From IMG/VR virus record IMGVR_UViG_3300010244_000098: a stretch of DNA of 64,000 nt; one strand, given 5' to 3'. This document shows positions 63,071 through 64,000 of the stretch, one piece after another. The DNA is from a virus. A program made the translations under genes and the position numbers. Within the stretch, counting starts at the first letter, position 1. The number at the start of each line of letters is the position of its first letter. Under the pieces are notes generated by a model, which had not been told where the DNA came from, ran no database searches, and saw nothing but the letters and a program-made list of their open reading frames with translations.

Positions 63071-63616
63071 TTATTGTCCAATCAACAAACCGAGGATACC
63101 GAGGACGAATCCAGCTGCACCCACAACGAGAGCCATACCGCTGTACAGCGAACTGACGATTATTAAACTTCGTTCCTTTTCTTGATAAGCGTCCTCATCT
63201 CCTTCAGTCATGGCACGTCGAAGGGTCCGCTTCATATAAGGAGGGTGAAGAATAAACGTAACCACCCCAAGAACCAGCCAGTACAAAGATACCGGCCATC
63301 CTTCCGGAAACACCCCCGACAAAACGAGCGTGCCCAGAATAAGCAGACCCAGTTCTAAACGAAGACCCCAGAACCGAGCATACCCGCCGGTGCTGGAAAA
63401 CCCTTCGGGAAGGTCTGATTCCCGGTTTTTCACTAACCACCGAACCGCCAAATAAAAAGCTCCCCACACCAGGAGAGGAAGCCCGACTGTTACCATTAAA
63501 CCAACGAAAAAATTTAATATGTAAAAAATAAGCATTGTGCCAAATAAATAAAAGTACCCCACTAAGCAGAGGCTGAAAAAAACCCAAAGCCAGCGATTTA
63601 ACCCTTTCATGGTCAT
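63071..63616 (-). CDS. Polytopic membrane protein
   Basis: About 5 hydrophobic helices; AAAGGA RBS; upstream TTGTTC, 17 bp, TGaTACACT promoter (63692-63720). Confidence 0.7.
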   Translation of the reverse strand: MTMKGLNRWLWVFFSLCLVGYFYLFGTMLIFYILNFFVGLMVTVGLPLLVWGAFYLAVRWLVKNRESDLPEGFSSTGGYARFWGLRLELGLLILGTLVLSGVFPEGWPVSLYWLVLGVVTFILHPPYMKRTLRRAMTEGDEDAYQEKERSLIIVSSLYSGMALVVGAAGFVLGILGLLIGQ

Positions 63617-63799
63617 AGAAACGTTCCTTTCTGTTTCTTGTGTTCTGTGTGTATTCGTGTTCTAAACATCCCATACACCCGTAACAACCTTAGTGTATCA
63701 CACGGCGAAAAGCGGAACAAGAGGCCGGGCGCGAGCACAGCTCGCGTGAGATTAAAGAAAGAGTTGAAATCATTACTTCAACCAAGAAAGGACCCCCCT

Positions 63800-64000
63800 A
63801 TGTATACAATAACAACAATCAACCCCGACAACCAAAAACAAATCAAATCAAGCAAACGTATTTATTTAGACCATAAAACACAGAGTTCTGTCATCCTGCC
63901 TACCAACCATCCGGATACACGCGGAACGACCGTTCAACCGGCACAAAGTGCTATTTATTTCACCAGTGTCCCGTTGAGCGGACAGAGCAATGCCCATGCT
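63800..64000 (+). CDS. 5' part of a gene running off the window edge
   Basis: GAAAGGA RBS, ATG at 63800, open frame to the window end (MYTITTINPDNQKQ...). Confidence 0.55.
   Translation, partial: MYTITTINPDNQKQIKSSKRIYLDHKTQSSVILPTNHPDTRGTTVQPAQSAIYFTSVPLSGQSNAHA

Larger units (their letters stand above)
1..64000. mobile_element. Segment of a large conjugative element (megaplasmid or ICE-like island) of a Bacillota host
   Basis: Relaxase with RHH partners, T4SS-like membrane genes, topB, and many hypothetical genes; no core housekeeping synteny; Firmicute-style RBSs and sigmaA promoters. Boundaries are not visible in the window. Confidence 0.75.

Noticed and set aside
63730-63746. GC-rich hairpin CGCGAGC-aca-GCTCGCG as oriT
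   Set aside because: About 10 kb from the relaxase genes, with no recognisable nic sequence; not enough support.
1-64000. Prophage or jumbo-phage interpretation
   Set aside because: No capsid, terminase, portal, tail, holin or integrase motifs in the window, while relaxase and T4SS-like genes are present. It cannot be fully excluded outside the window.

Overview
This 64-kb window looks like part of a large Bacillota (low-GC Gram-positive) mobile element, either a conjugative megaplasmid or an ICE-like island. I found no rRNA, tRNA, CRISPR array, IS, integrase, rep gene or phage structural gene. The main feature is a 2100-aa single-chain, two-barrel DNA-dependent RNA polymerase (26662-32964, minus strand). 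It fuses beta-like and beta'-like catalytic parts: the ED and GDK..NKG motifs, ADFDGD, a bridge helix and a trigger loop are all recognisable. It sits inside a minus-strand block of conjugation-like genes: a MobL-type relaxase with two RHH partners, a pilin-like protein, a PrgI/VirB3-like protein, a giant VirB6-like protein and a VirB4-like protein with degenerate Walker motifs. The window also encodes three different Clp/Hsp100 ATPases, a MoxR-VWA-Clp-UvrD operon, a thymidylate kinase fused to an RNAP alpha-CTD, DNA-metabolism genes (rarA, yhaM, topB, VRR-NUC) and envelope genes (LysM hydrolase, signal peptidase I, LCP). An exact 21-bp repeat lies at the same position upstream of the RNAP gene and of the next operon. 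Its TGTGAAAAA core recurs at matching spacing in two more promoters. All family assignments come from motifs recognised by eye; no database searches were run.
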